A stretch of DNA of 64,000 bases from an uncultured virus (IMG/VR IMGVR_UViG_3300049571_000412) (IMGVR_UViG_3300049571_000412); one strand, 5' to 3'. Shown: positions 37,001 to 46,661, counted from the stretch's first letter. Notes: a model not told the origin generated them from the letters alone. Numbers and translations are program-made.

Positions 37001-37219
37001 TTCCGCGATCGTCACGTAGACCTCGCTGTCGACGAGGGGGTTCCCGTAGAGACTGGTGACGAAGGTGAATTCTTCGCTCGAGCTTCGTGCCTGGTGGGAG
37101 GCGAGGGAGAGGGAGGCGCCCGGGGAGAACCAGTTGCCACCCTGGGACAGGGGGTTCTCGTCGGCACGCTGGAAGTCGTCGAGGATCGGGGTCGACGGCG
37201 GTTCGGTCGCCACGGGCAC
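34064..37219 (-). CDS. Minor tail protein: lectin-like domain + putative glycoside hydrolase + tail hub domain
   Basis: DDFQRAD beta-rich N-terminus, Pro linker, GADGVMCDDMN TIM-barrel-like region, Tal-like C-terminal half. Confidence 0.65.
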   Translation of the reverse strand: MPVATEPPSTPILDDFQRADENPLSQGGNWFSPGASLSLASHQARSSSEEFTFVTSLYGNPLVDSEVYVTIAEWTSQLTELLLRTDSAASNGYSAQISGGTATILSRSAGTPTTLAEAELTVKDGDAVGLKAEGSVLSLWHKPSEGEWTLVESVEDSTHESGYIGLSTNSPLTRYEDFGGGGEAVPPPPPLPKATAGLGTFRDAIATELTDPIAHPDGFVICQWWQTDRMEAAREVGAKVLIYLNLTRAAEPDSEGRYSTGLTLAEAEALGAATEQVDSDAGTICLPGTAGYAEAWAEAAISRAQEVGADGVMCDDMNAPNDGYSGVSDEEWLDQMQACNEVVGPALSAAGLLGIPNMSGALGQRNLEYDGWVEEQFQYYDGGLDEFFVTFPKGEAQPAYMYEEAMAVMHRQQVAGKLYLASTNTDDDDLRRFALGCCLLHTAGGVYAHGLPAGPDYGKETWDAILEEALALGRPTGEARLTDSGWVRDFRGGSVVVDLTTSTALFKVTPPPRVVVHREHPPSTLAVRILAEDDTPLGRWAEDEPNVENVIGNLTKTGDMPGGHGESGCVLARDPKRSYPDLALFSKYLIEAPGGEVLWQGTLRQQPQSDGDHISIEPKAVGDKQFLEDDEAVVGPGFISSDLSRWTGPSVTRRLILQGLSRPSQQDPAAIWGTGNSALHMEVQGTWAEPIIPVCEAWFDAGSGVGLEAVQGDWANGDANTSFFLGVSFCNDEGAQAALESSGDYYTATSGHISQTAGAGQRYAVIDWQFNATNAGIDGAQFGVDLQDLKVLGANGLTLQGTWPEVGFLAKQMIPCIVEGSGLTTKDELLEDDGFVIPHAWFSDPGTRMSKLTEVTKYGLLDGFVFNDRIYQYRFPGTYGRCWRLDSGSAPKSSGPDASRVWSEFRFFWQDVDGTPRFADLSPLVDPTNAAVAAGRPRRKLLQLNGVSTEKLARQTAERFREEAMLVDQSGEATLSGYVQDQASMCWFPAAYVQPGDRVFEPGTGLERRITSAPYGHAGKAANVTLGAPPEGLGALEARFGARLIELGFGA

Positions 37220-37302
37220 CTCCTTTCGCGAGGCGTTGGAGAGGGGGTCGGTGAGCTCGTCTCGTTGCGGAGACGGAGTCGAGCGCGTTAGGCTGCGCGA
37301 CC

Positions 37303-38049
37303 ATGAGACGGCTAGAGGTACTTCTGGGGACGATGGTGGTGGCCGCTGTCACGCTTATGACCGCGCTGGGCGCGCAGGCCGCGTCGGCGCGGCCGGAGGC
37401 TCTGTGCACGACGGGATTCGAACCGCTGCGCGGGTCCTGGTCGATGGAACCGTCGCGCTGCGTCTTCCACGAACGCGGACGCCCGATCATCGACAACTAC
37501 ATGGTCGGGCTGGAGCAGATCGAATGGGTTCACTGGGGCGCCACGGCGCTAGGGCACGGCGTGAGTGGCGCTGCGGGGGTCGGCGAGGTCGAGGTCACCG
37601 TCAGGCTGAGCGCGCCGCGGCGCATCTGCGGACACCTTGCGTTCACGTTGGCGCAGTTCAGGTATCAGGGCGAATCGACCTTCCGGGCGCACGTCCAGAT
37701 CGACACCCGCCTCCCAGGGTGCGCGCCCGCGCCCCCGCGCCGATACTTCCTCGGAACCGAGCATGCCGCCCGCCTGATGCGGGCCGCACTTCGGCGGAAG
37801 TTCGGCAGCAGCTTCGCCGGCGGCTTCTCGAAGCAGGTGGTGTGCAATCACCGGATCGGCCGCGACCGGCTGCGATGCAAGATGACCTGGTTCACCGGCG
37901 ACTCGGCCTTCGGCGGCCGCGGTCAGATATGGGTCGCCTACCAGTCGGGGCGCCCCACCTGGAATTACGAGTTCAAGATGGCCGAGCTCAACGAATACTG
38001 CGTGGTCACCGGCGGTAGCCATTGTCTCCACTGGCACATCGCGCGTTAA
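37303..38049 (+). CDS. Secreted Cys-rich hypothetical protein (moron)
   Basis: Signal peptide (ASA); TTGCGG-18-TAGGCT promoter; leaderless. Confidence 0.65.
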   Translation: MRRLEVLLGTMVVAAVTLMTALGAQAASARPEALCTTGFEPLRGSWSMEPSRCVFHERGRPIIDNYMVGLEQIEWVHWGATALGHGVSGAAGVGEVEVTVRLSAPRRICGHLAFTLAQFRYQGESTFRAHVQIDTRLPGCAPAPPRRYFLGTEHAARLMRAALRRKFGSSFAGGFSKQVVCNHRIGRDRLRCKMTWFTGDSAFGGRGQIWVAYQSGRPTWNYEFKMAELNEYCVVTGGSHCLHWHIAR

Positions 38050-38132
38050 GCGCTACTCTTGTCGAGCAATCAACAAGTGCCGCCCGCGTTGCGACAACAA
38101 CCGGGCGGCGTGGCCAAGGAGGTACTAGCTCC

Positions 38133-38723
38133 ATGACTCGTAGGACCATAGCCGTAGCCCTCGTCGTCTTCGCCCTCGGGATCTTTGCCGCTCCCGCGAG
38201 CGCCGCTCCATTCACGCCGGAACTCGAAGCCGACTACGCGGCGGCACTGGCATGGTGGGGAGTCGAATCTCCGCCGCAGTGCGCGACCGTGACGAAGGAA
38301 CTCCTTCCCACCGACCCGTTCGTGGCGGAAACGGGCGAGTGGGGCGCAATGCGCGCCACCCAGCCGCAAAAAGGGGAAGAGGAATACCCCTGCTATCTCT
38401 ACGTCTTCGAAGACGCGCTCCACACCAACCAGGAATTGGGTCAGACCTGTGAGATCGAAATCGGCGTGCGTCACGAGGTCGGTCATCTGCTCGGCCTGGG
38501 GCACTCCACCGACCCGACGAGCATCATGTATCCGCCGCCCGACCGCGCCATATGGTGCCCGGAACCACCTATCCCTGGGCCGATCACGCCGCAACCACCA
38601 CCCGAAGAACCCACGACGGTCAAGGCGATCATCCCCCCGCAGCGCCCACACCATCACCGACGACATCACCGCCGGCACCATCATCACCATCACCGGCACC
38701 ACCACCAACGGTCGGCCCGATGA
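38133..38723 (+). CDS. Secreted matrixin-like (M10) metallopeptidase with His/Arg-rich tail (moron)
   Basis: Signal peptide; HEVGHLLGLGH and SIMYP Met-turn; AAGGAGGT RBS. Confidence 0.85.
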   Translation: MTRRTIAVALVVFALGIFAAPASAAPFTPELEADYAAALAWWGVESPPQCATVTKELLPTDPFVAETGEWGAMRATQPQKGEEEYPCYLYVFEDALHTNQELGQTCEIEIGVRHEVGHLLGLGHSTDPTSIMYPPPDRAIWCPEPPIPGPITPQPPPEEPTTVKAIIPPQRPHHHRRHHRRHHHHHHRHHHQRSAR

Positions 38724-38724
38724 A

Positions 38725-40641
38725 CTATGCCGCCTCCCGCGCAAAGAGGTAGGCAGGTCGGCTGTAGACCTTCGCCCCCGGGCTTACCGTCGCTTTGTCG
38801 GCCCGTTCCGCGAAGTCACCCACCGAGGGGATGATGAGCGCGCGGGCGGTGCGACCCTCCACCTGCCCCGATGGGGGCGAATAGAGACTGAATCCCTTCG
38901 GCACCAGCTCGCCCCAGGAATCGTCTTCGGCCTGCTGGCGCCGGACACCGTTGTCCGCGAATTCCATGGATCGGCCGGCGACGCAGATGTGAGCCAGGGA
39001 GTTCGCGTTTTCGGCGTAATAGACGGTGATGCTGATCCCGTCGACGATGGCACGTTTGGTTGAGTTCGGTGCTTTGGCGGAGAAGGCCACACCGAATCCG
39101 GATTCGTTGATCTGGGTCGCGGTCCAGGTGAGTCCCCATAGATCCGAACTCGAGCCATAGGTGACCTTTACGTCGCTGGCCGGCCATTCTCCAGCTATCG
39201 CATGATCCGTTCCGCCGACCGCCCCTTTCTTCACCAACTTGACCGAATTGTCACGTACCCCTTCAAATCCGGTGTTGCTGGCGCGGCGCTCGACCGAAGC
39301 AACTATCCCGAGGATGACGGCAGATTCGGGCAGCGCGAAACCGAACTGCGTGGCCTTCAGGTAATGACTTCTTTCGGTGTTGGCTGCCTCCTGCAGGTGG
39401 GCTACCGCGTATGCCCCCAGTTCACCCGGGATTTCCCAGGCGACGGTCCCGATGCCCGAGTCGTCTTCGGTTTTGCCCGGGGATAGCGTCGGTTCGCCGT
39501 CGATCGGAGGGGCGCTCGTGTCCGCCACCCGCGCCCACTGCTCCGTGCTCATCGGGTACACGTCACGGATCAGCGGCTGTTTGCCGCTCCCGGAGAGCGA
39601 CCTCGCCCGTAGGCGCCACTCCCACCGCTGGTCGCCGGTTATCGCCCGTTCCGGCCGGCACTCGCCCATGTCGAGCAGCTGGTAGCCACCGACGACGGGA
39701 GACGATCTCACGATAGGCGTCGAGGCCTCCATCGTCTGCACCCAGGACGCCGCCCCCAGATACCGGGCCTCCAGCTTCCACTGCACGTCGCCGAGGAGGG
39801 CGCTCACGTCATCGAGCCTGAAGGCCATCCGCCGTGGCCCGACATGGGTCATGTGCCCGACGCCGTCGATCTTCGAGGAGAGTACCGTCACCCAGCCCTC
39901 GGTGAGTGCCGGGCACTTGACCACTCCGTCCCCGTCTTCGTCTTCGACCACTTCCGAGCCACCCTGGAGGGTCAGGTCCTTCGCGGCGTACACCGGCTCC
40001 GCCGTCTCCGCCGAGGAGTAGTCGTCACATTCCAGCGACACCGAGCACCCTCGCCAGTCTTCTTCCCCTTCGTTGATGACCACCACCCGGATGAGGCCGG
40101 GAGCGGTGCCCAGGAGCTCGGCCAGCTCGACCTGGAGATCGCGGACATCCGTGCCTTCGGCTTCGCCTACAAGGATCTCCGTGGTCGCGTACCAGATCGG
40201 GTACCGGCTGAACTTGAGGATGAGGTCCGGTGCGACCTGCGCATGGCTGAAGACCCACCCCTGCGGCGGGGTGAGCCCCGCCGAGTCGACCGGGCAGCCA
40301 ACCGAGCCGGCGAAGCCGCCGCCGAGGTCGAAGTCCCGCCGGATCCAGCCGGAGCGCCTGCGCTGCACTTCGCCCACCCACGCCTCGAGCCGGTGCAGAG
40401 GGTCGGCGATCGGGGCGTCCTCGGTCGCGAAGGCCTTCAGCGGGATCGTGCATTCCACGGGCGGCCAGCTCGCGTCCGTGACGCCTTCGCTGATCGCCTT
40501 CTTGACCCGCTGCACGGTCACGCTCGACTCGCCGTAGTCGGGCCCGGGCTGGGCGAGCATTTCCAGGCCGAGGGTGGTGAGGCTCACCTCGGGCAGCTCG
40601 GGGGTGAACTCGACGGGGTTCAGGACCAGGTTTTCGCTCAT
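38725..40641 (-). CDS. Minor tail protein (distal-tail position)
   Basis: ATGA-coupled directly after the tape measure gene. Confidence 0.7.
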   Translation of the reverse strand: MSENLVLNPVEFTPELPEVSLTTLGLEMLAQPGPDYGESSVTVQRVKKAISEGVTDASWPPVECTIPLKAFATEDAPIADPLHRLEAWVGEVQRRRSGWIRRDFDLGGGFAGSVGCPVDSAGLTPPQGWVFSHAQVAPDLILKFSRYPIWYATTEILVGEAEGTDVRDLQVELAELLGTAPGLIRVVVINEGEEDWRGCSVSLECDDYSSAETAEPVYAAKDLTLQGGSEVVEDEDGDGVVKCPALTEGWVTVLSSKIDGVGHMTHVGPRRMAFRLDDVSALLGDVQWKLEARYLGAASWVQTMEASTPIVRSSPVVGGYQLLDMGECRPERAITGDQRWEWRLRARSLSGSGKQPLIRDVYPMSTEQWARVADTSAPPIDGEPTLSPGKTEDDSGIGTVAWEIPGELGAYAVAHLQEAANTERSHYLKATQFGFALPESAVILGIVASVERRASNTGFEGVRDNSVKLVKKGAVGGTDHAIAGEWPASDVKVTYGSSSDLWGLTWTATQINESGFGVAFSAKAPNSTKRAIVDGISITVYYAENANSLAHICVAGRSMEFADNGVRRQQAEDDSWGELVPKGFSLYSPPSGQVEGRTARALIIPSVGDFAERADKATVSPGAKVYSRPAYLFAREAA

Positions 40642-43600
40642 GCTGAGTAGGCCCTCCCGGGTGCGGTGTTGGAGAGCGGCCGGGGCGTCGCCACCGCGAT
40701 CCGCTGGATGATCTTCTGGTTCCTGGGGTCCGCGAGCCAGGCCTCGATCGGCGGCCGCGTGTCGCCCGGCTCCTGCCGGATGTCGCCGTTGACCGCGACG
40801 TGAAGGTTGGGGGCCAGCATCGACTGCGTGTCGGCCGCGGTGTGGACGCGGGTGCCGGACGGGAAGTGGGCGAGCTCCGGGCCGCGCTCGCCCACCAGCG
40901 CCACACCACCGTCGGCGAAGGCGCCCATGTATGGCAGGGGGTAGGAGTGCTCGAACTGCGAGAGGGTCGGCAGCAGCGTGTTCTCGATCAGCAGCCGCTG
41001 GTTCGCCTGCTTGCTCAGTTCCAGTTCGAGTTCGACCTGTTCGGTGCGGTCCGGCCCTTCCGGCTTTTCGACTTCCGGCAGCGCGGCGATCGCGTTCGGC
41101 ACCTTCAGGCCGAGTTCGTGGATCGTCATCTGCGTCTGGAAGATGTCGCCGCCGAACTGGGTGCTCGGGTCGCCCGGCAGCGATCCGAGCACTTCGTGGC
41201 CGCGGCCGAGCCCCTGTACGCCGCCGAGCATCTGCTCCCATTCGGGGAGGGTTTCGCTCTGCGTCTTGGTGATATCCCCGGTCAGGGCCGCGATGAACTG
41301 TTCGAAGCCGGGGATTTCCCCTCGCTCGCGGCCGATCTTGCCCTGTAGCTTCTGCACCTTCGCGCGCAGGTCGGGAAGCTCGTCCTTGTGCTTCTCCCAG
41401 GCGTCGGGCTTGTCGTCCTTGTAGCCGAGGATCTTCTTGATCCGATCCTGGATGTGGTGGACGCGGTCGGTCTGCTTGTGGATCCGCTCGCGCGTCTCAT
41501 CGATCCGGTCGTTCAGGTGCTCGATCCGGCCGCCCCAATCGCCGATCCGCTTTTCGGCGAAGGCCTCGGCGCCGATGATCGAGTTGCGCCACGACGCCTC
41601 GACACCGAGCACGTCCTGGTAGCGGGCGGTCTCGGTGCCTTCGACGTAGGGCGCCAGCACGTGTTCGATCCACTGGCCGAGGATGTCGCGCGTTTCGTTG
41701 CCCGTGGCGGAGCCGGGGACGCGGGGTTCTTCGGGCTCCAGCTCGACCGCCTGGCTCGCCCGTTCTTCGGCAAGGTCGAAGGCGGCTTCTTCGCGGGCGA
41801 AGATGCCCGTGGAGGGATCGGTCCACGCCGAGAAGTCGGCCATCCCTTCGATCCGTTCGACCTCATGTTTGACCCGCAGGTCGCGCCGTCCCTGTTCGCG
41901 CTTGCGGATCAGCTTCACCCGCTGGCGCTTCAGCTTGCGGATCCGGTCTTCGAGCGCGGCGACGTTGAATTCGAGATCGCGGCGGACGCGATTGTCCTCG
42001 GCGTCGGCGAGGGCGCCCCGGTATTCACGTAGCTGCTTACGGCGGTGGTGGAGCTCGTCGTTGCAGGCTTTGAGGTTGTCGGGGAGCGAGCCGAAGCTCA
42101 GGTGCTCCGTCGCGACCTTGTAGTGGCCGTGCCGGGTGACCTTCTTGGCTTCGAGGCCGCCCGCCTTGGTGCCCTTCGGGGCGTAGCCCGGGTAGGTGTA
42201 CTTGCCCTTGACCTGATTCGGCTCGGCGGGGCGGGAGGGTTTCGTGTAGTCCCCGCCCGCGAGGCCTTCCCCGGAGTGGGTCATGAGCCGCAGGGCTTCG
42301 CGGGCGCCGTCTTCGCGCTCGGGCATGGCTTTGATCCCCGAGTGCTCCCATTCGGAGTCGAAGAAGTGCGCGGCCGACGCGGCGCTCGGCTGGGCGTTCA
42401 GCGCGGACTTCAGGCTCGACGCGTTGCCGGGGCTGTTCCACATGAACGAGGTCTGGAAATCGATGTCGTCCCAGGCGACGCCCTTCGTCGACGCCGCGGC
42501 CTTCAGGTCGGCCAGCGAGATCGGCGAGGTGGTGAAGCCCCAGAGGCCTCCGCCGCCCGTGCCTTCCGACGCAGGGTTCCAGCGCGACTCCCGCCAGGCG
42601 TTCCCGATGACCCCGGCGGCGCCCTTGTAGTTCAGGCCATAGCCGAGGAGGTCCCTGGCGACCCGGAGCGCGACGTTCTCCTGGGTCGAGGTCGCGTCGA
42701 TGAAGGTCTTTTCTTCGCCCTTGCCTTCCGCTTCCTTCGTCGACTTCGACGGCGGGGTCGGAGCGATGTGGGTCGGCACGTTGAGCGCTTCGCCCCCGGT
42801 GATCAGGCGCTGCGGGCCGACGACGCCGCCCCGCTGATACCCCCCGCCATGCGGGTGGGAGAAGTGGACCGGGTCCTTGGCGCCCGCGTAGATCAGCGTG
42901 TTCGCCCAGCGGCTGTGCTCCAGCCAGGCGTCGAGCGCATCGGCACCCGGAGCGATGTCGACCGCGCCCGCCGGGTAGACGGTCCCCTCATGGTTGGACC
43001 CGGGGCCACCAAGTGCCTTCGGCTTCGCCGCGGGGCGGACGCCCGAGTTCCAGATCGCGAGCTGTTCGGCGTCGGTGCGGAATCCCGAAGACACCGTGAA
43101 GTCGACCCCGGCGTGGCGAGCGGCCTCGAGGATCTTCCAGATCCAGTCCGCCACCGGGTACCCGTCCATCACCTCGGTGCCCTTGCCCGCCGGGACGTTC
43201 GCGCCGCCCGCCCCGACCTTCGGCCGGTGGGCGTCGATGTAGCGGTTCATCGCGGTGACGACTTTCCCCAGCCCGGCGTGCCCGATCGCCGCCAGCGCGC
43301 GCGGCCCGCTCACCGCCACCTCGCCGCCGTTGGCGAAGCGCGGCACCGCCGAGTTCATCCAGAGCAGCGTGTCGAGGCCGATCGAGTTGACCGCCTCTGG
43401 GCCGAATTCGATCTCTCCCGGCTCCAGGACGACCGGGATGTGACCGCCGTCCTGGAAGAAGTAACGCGAGGCTTCGCGGTTCAGGATGAACGTGTTCGGC
43501 GGAACCATGCGTTCCACGGAGTCGCCTTCGGTGACGCCGCGGACCCGGCCACCGGTTGCGAGTTCATGGTGTTTGGCGTTGCCGGCGAAGTTGGCGCCCC

Positions 43601-46600
43601 CGCCTTCGCTGTTCAGCTGGGTGCCCGAGTGCCGCGCCGGCCCCAGCACCATCGCCTGGAATTGGACCAGGTCCTTGGCGCCGAGCGCCTTCAGCATCCG
43701 GTTGAGGTTCACGCCGAGGTTGTCGAGGGCGTCCATGTTGCCCAGCGCCATCTGGCGGAAGGCTTCGGCGACCGGCCCCGTGGCGCCCTTCTTGACGCCT
43801 TCGCGGAGCTGCTGGTTGGTCGCCCCGAATTTCTGGATCTCCATCGCCGTGAGGGCGTCGAGCTGATGTTCCAGTTTCGGATGGCCTTCAGCCCAGGCCT
43901 TCAGCATCTTGTTGGTCGCGTCGATCGAGGTGGAGCGCGCGGCCGGGGGCATCTGTTCGAGTTTGTGTTTCCAATCGCGGACGCCCGACCCAGCGATTTC
44001 GTTCACCTGCTTGAACTGCTTCGTGGTCGCTTCCGCGAGCCCGAAGGGGTCGTCACCCTGGACCAGGTGGATCCGGGCCAGGAGTTCGTTGATCCGCTTC
44101 TGGCCCTTTTCGGCGTCGAACGTGCCGTTTTCGATGCCGGTCTTGATCGCGGCGACGGCGTCTTCCATCGCTTCGGCGGTATGCGCGCGCCACGGCTTGG
44201 TGCCCTTCCCCCACGCCGCGTCTGCCTGATCCAGGCCCCGGGCGAGATCCTGGTTGACCGCACTCATCCCCAGGGCGATATCGCCCTGCATCTGATCGAT
44301 GGTCCCGGCGAAGGTCGCCCGGGCCCGCTTGGTCGCGGCGATCGCCTTTTCGACCGCCGCGAGTTCGCGCTCGAACACCTTGGTCGCCGCCGGGCTCGCG
44401 TCCTGATGGATCGCTTCCCTGAGTTCCTGCCGGCGGCCCCGCAGGCCGGTCCCTTTGCGGCCGCCGACCAGCGCACTGGCGCCCTGCACGGTCCCGAACC
44501 CGGGGACGTAGCTGCTCGGGCCGGCCACGGTGTGAGGTTCGGTGCCTTCCCGGCCCAGGAAGCCGGTCGAGATTTCCTTGCGGATCTGTTTGCGATGCCT
44601 GTTCCAGCCGTGGATGAACTGCTCGGCCTGTTCTTCGCCGACCTGTTCGAGGTGGTGCTGGCTCGCGTGTCCTTCGAAGGCGTCGGCAAGGCCGTGGTCG
44701 AAGGCTTCGCCGAGGACCGACCCGACGCCAGCCCCGATCATCGCCCCGGCGGGGCCACCGACGAAGAACCCGGCGACGCCGCCGGCCAGCGAGCCACCTG
44801 CCTCCCACCCGGCGTCGTGCCAGTCGCCGGCGGTCGCGGAGGTGACGATGTTGGCGATCCCGATCCCGGCGATCGCGGCGGGCAGCGCGAGTCCGAGGCC
44901 TTTCGCCATCATGCCCGCCTCGGCCTCACCGGCAGCCCTGCCACCGATCGGAACCGATCCCGTGATGGCGCCGGAGGAGTTCGCGATCAGCAGCTCGCTC
45001 TGGGCCGTCTGCTGGGCGGCGATGGAGTCGACCACCCCGTAGTTCGCCGCGACGACGCGCCCGGCGGCGGCCACCTCCCTGCCGGCGAGGATGTCCGCCA
45101 GGGCAGCCTCGCCCTTCATCACGCTCTGGATGCCCTTATAGGCCTTGAGGAGGTCCGCCAGCTCCAGTGCCTTCTTGCCGAGTGCCAGGCCGGTGAAAGC
45201 GCCGAGGAGGAGCGTCAGGCCGGAGACGTTCCCGATCCTGATCGAGTTCAGCGCGGTCGCGATGTCGTGGATGCCCTCGTCGACCGGCTCCATCGCCTGG
45301 GCGACCACGAACCACTGTTCGGCGATCATGCCGAGGATCTGAAGGAACTCCCCGGTCGTCTCGACGCTGTGCTCGAAGAAGCCTTCGACCTTCTCGGGGT
45401 CGGCTTCGATCGCCCGGCGCCAGCCTTCGAGCTTCCCGGTCATCCCGTCGACCATGTCCTGGCCCTCGCCGGCCCCCGGACCGAAGATCGCAATCACGAG
45501 GTCGGTCGCCTGGGCGAGCATGTGGACCCACGACTCGGTCTGGTCGACGAGGTGCCCGACCTCGCCGCGAAGCTTGGGGGCGTCTTCGGTCGACTTCAGG
45601 ATCCCGTCCGACCAATCCTCGAGGTCTTCGGTGACCTCTTCGAGGCTCGGTCCGGCGGCCTCGGCGATATGCTCGAAGACCTTCGCCCAGTCGGCCAGGA
45701 TGTGGGTGACCATCGGTCCCTCGTTGACGAAGAGGTCCGTCATCGAGTCGATGAAGTGGTCGAACCCTGATCCCCTCCCGGTGACCTCGTCGAGGAAGAG
45801 GTCGAAGTCCTTGCGCATCTCCTTGGTGGAGCGGTTGGCCGACTTCGACAGGATCGGCAGCTTCGCTTCGAGGTGGTCGAGCCCGTCGGAGAGGGCGCCG
45901 AGGAAGGCTTCACGGCCGGGTTTCGACAGCGACTCCCACCGTTCTTTGACGTTGTCGAGGCCGCGGACGACGTTGACGGCCTCCTTGCCGGCGCTCTTCT
46001 CGGCGGCGAGGAGTTTGCGACCTGCGGTTTCGGCCTGGGTCGACTGGACCCCGTACGTTTCGACAGCTTCGATGTAGGAGCCCTGCGCTTTGGTCAGGTC
46101 TTTGAGGGCGCCGACGGCCGGTGCCGCGACCGCGGTGATGCCGGCGATCCCGACCGTCGCCATCCCCCCACCGCCGACCGCCAGGGCGCCGGCGCCGAGC
46201 GCCGCCTCCGACAGGGACGCCGCGAGCGCGCCCGTGGCGCCCGCGAGGGCAAGGACCTCGGGACTGGCGAGCGCGATCAGCGACGGCAGTTTGCCGAATG
46301 GCATGGCGATGCCGAGGAGGTGCGAGCCGAGCCCGCCACCGCTGGCCGAATCGATTTTCCGCTTCAGCGCCGCGACCTCGGCGAGGGCGCCGGCGAAGGA
46401 GTTCTGGTCGACGTCGGCCTTGACCGTCTGGGAGATCGGCCGGGAGGTCTCCACGCGTGCGCGGTCGATGTAGGCCTGGTACTCCTCGAAGCCCCGGCCC
46501 TCGACGTTGGCCTGCAGGTTCGCGGTCGCGTCGTAGCCGGAGACGCGCTTCAGGTTGCCCTCGAAGGCATTGATTTTCGCGTTGGCCGGAGGGATGCCCT

Positions 46601-46610
46601 CGACGGCCAC
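40638..46610 (-). CDS. Tape measure protein with M15-like peptidase and tail-lysozyme domains
   Basis: 1990 aa, helical with hydrophobic stretches; SSGFRT...SNH...AVD; AAGVIGNAWRESRWNP; VGERGPE. Confidence 0.92.
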   Translation of the reverse strand: MAVEGIPPANAKINAFEGNLKRVSGYDATANLQANVEGRGFEEYQAYIDRARVETSRPISQTVKADVDQNSFAGALAEVAALKRKIDSASGGGLGSHLLGIAMPFGKLPSLIALASPEVLALAGATGALAASLSEAALGAGALAVGGGGMATVGIAGITAVAAPAVGALKDLTKAQGSYIEAVETYGVQSTQAETAGRKLLAAEKSAGKEAVNVVRGLDNVKERWESLSKPGREAFLGALSDGLDHLEAKLPILSKSANRSTKEMRKDFDLFLDEVTGRGSGFDHFIDSMTDLFVNEGPMVTHILADWAKVFEHIAEAAGPSLEEVTEDLEDWSDGILKSTEDAPKLRGEVGHLVDQTESWVHMLAQATDLVIAIFGPGAGEGQDMVDGMTGKLEGWRRAIEADPEKVEGFFEHSVETTGEFLQILGMIAEQWFVVAQAMEPVDEGIHDIATALNSIRIGNVSGLTLLLGAFTGLALGKKALELADLLKAYKGIQSVMKGEAALADILAGREVAAAGRVVAANYGVVDSIAAQQTAQSELLIANSSGAITGSVPIGGRAAGEAEAGMMAKGLGLALPAAIAGIGIANIVTSATAGDWHDAGWEAGGSLAGGVAGFFVGGPAGAMIGAGVGSVLGEAFDHGLADAFEGHASQHHLEQVGEEQAEQFIHGWNRHRKQIRKEISTGFLGREGTEPHTVAGPSSYVPGFGTVQGASALVGGRKGTGLRGRRQELREAIHQDASPAATKVFERELAAVEKAIAATKRARATFAGTIDQMQGDIALGMSAVNQDLARGLDQADAAWGKGTKPWRAHTAEAMEDAVAAIKTGIENGTFDAEKGQKRINELLARIHLVQGDDPFGLAEATTKQFKQVNEIAGSGVRDWKHKLEQMPPAARSTSIDATNKMLKAWAEGHPKLEHQLDALTAMEIQKFGATNQQLREGVKKGATGPVAEAFRQMALGNMDALDNLGVNLNRMLKALGAKDLVQFQAMVLGPARHSGTQLNSEGGGANFAGNAKHHELATGGRVRGVTEGDSVERMVPPNTFILNREASRYFFQDGGHIPVVLEPGEIEFGPEAVNSIGLDTLLWMNSAVPRFANGGEVAVSGPRALAAIGHAGLGKVVTAMNRYIDAHRPKVGAGGANVPAGKGTEVMDGYPVADWIWKILEAARHAGVDFTVSSGFRTDAEQLAIWNSGVRPAAKPKALGGPGSNHEGTVYPAGAVDIAPGADALDAWLEHSRWANTLIYAGAKDPVHFSHPHGGGYQRGGVVGPQRLITGGEALNVPTHIAPTPPSKSTKEAEGKGEEKTFIDATSTQENVALRVARDLLGYGLNYKGAAGVIGNAWRESRWNPASEGTGGGGLWGFTTSPISLADLKAAASTKGVAWDDIDFQTSFMWNSPGNASSLKSALNAQPSAASAAHFFDSEWEHSGIKAMPEREDGAREALRLMTHSGEGLAGGDYTKPSRPAEPNQVKGKYTYPGYAPKGTKAGGLEAKKVTRHGHYKVATEHLSFGSLPDNLKACNDELHHRRKQLREYRGALADAEDNRVRRDLEFNVAALEDRIRKLKRQRVKLIRKREQGRRDLRVKHEVERIEGMADFSAWTDPSTGIFAREEAAFDLAEERASQAVELEPEEPRVPGSATGNETRDILGQWIEHVLAPYVEGTETARYQDVLGVEASWRNSIIGAEAFAEKRIGDWGGRIEHLNDRIDETRERIHKQTDRVHHIQDRIKKILGYKDDKPDAWEKHKDELPDLRAKVQKLQGKIGRERGEIPGFEQFIAALTGDITKTQSETLPEWEQMLGGVQGLGRGHEVLGSLPGDPSTQFGGDIFQTQMTIHELGLKVPNAIAALPEVEKPEGPDRTEQVELELELSKQANQRLLIENTLLPTLSQFEHSYPLPYMGAFADGGVALVGERGPELAHFPSGTRVHTAADTQSMLAPNLHVAVNGDIRQEPGDTRPPIEAWLADPRNQKIIQRIAVATPRPLSNTAPGRAYSA

Positions 46611-46661
46611 TCTGACTTTGAGTTCAGCCGCTGGGACGATCGGGATCAGCGCTCCTGTGCG

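Noticed and set aside
34064..41000. Diversity-generating retroelement or invertible tail-fibre shufflon
   Set aside because: No reverse transcriptase, no adenine-mismatched TR/VR pair and no invertase seen in the window.
42045..45770. 1241-aa + strand ORF, and similar long ORFs at 30643..32898, 34604..36628 and 14731..16104
   Set aside because: Antisense shadows of real high-GC genes; no motifs or RBS.
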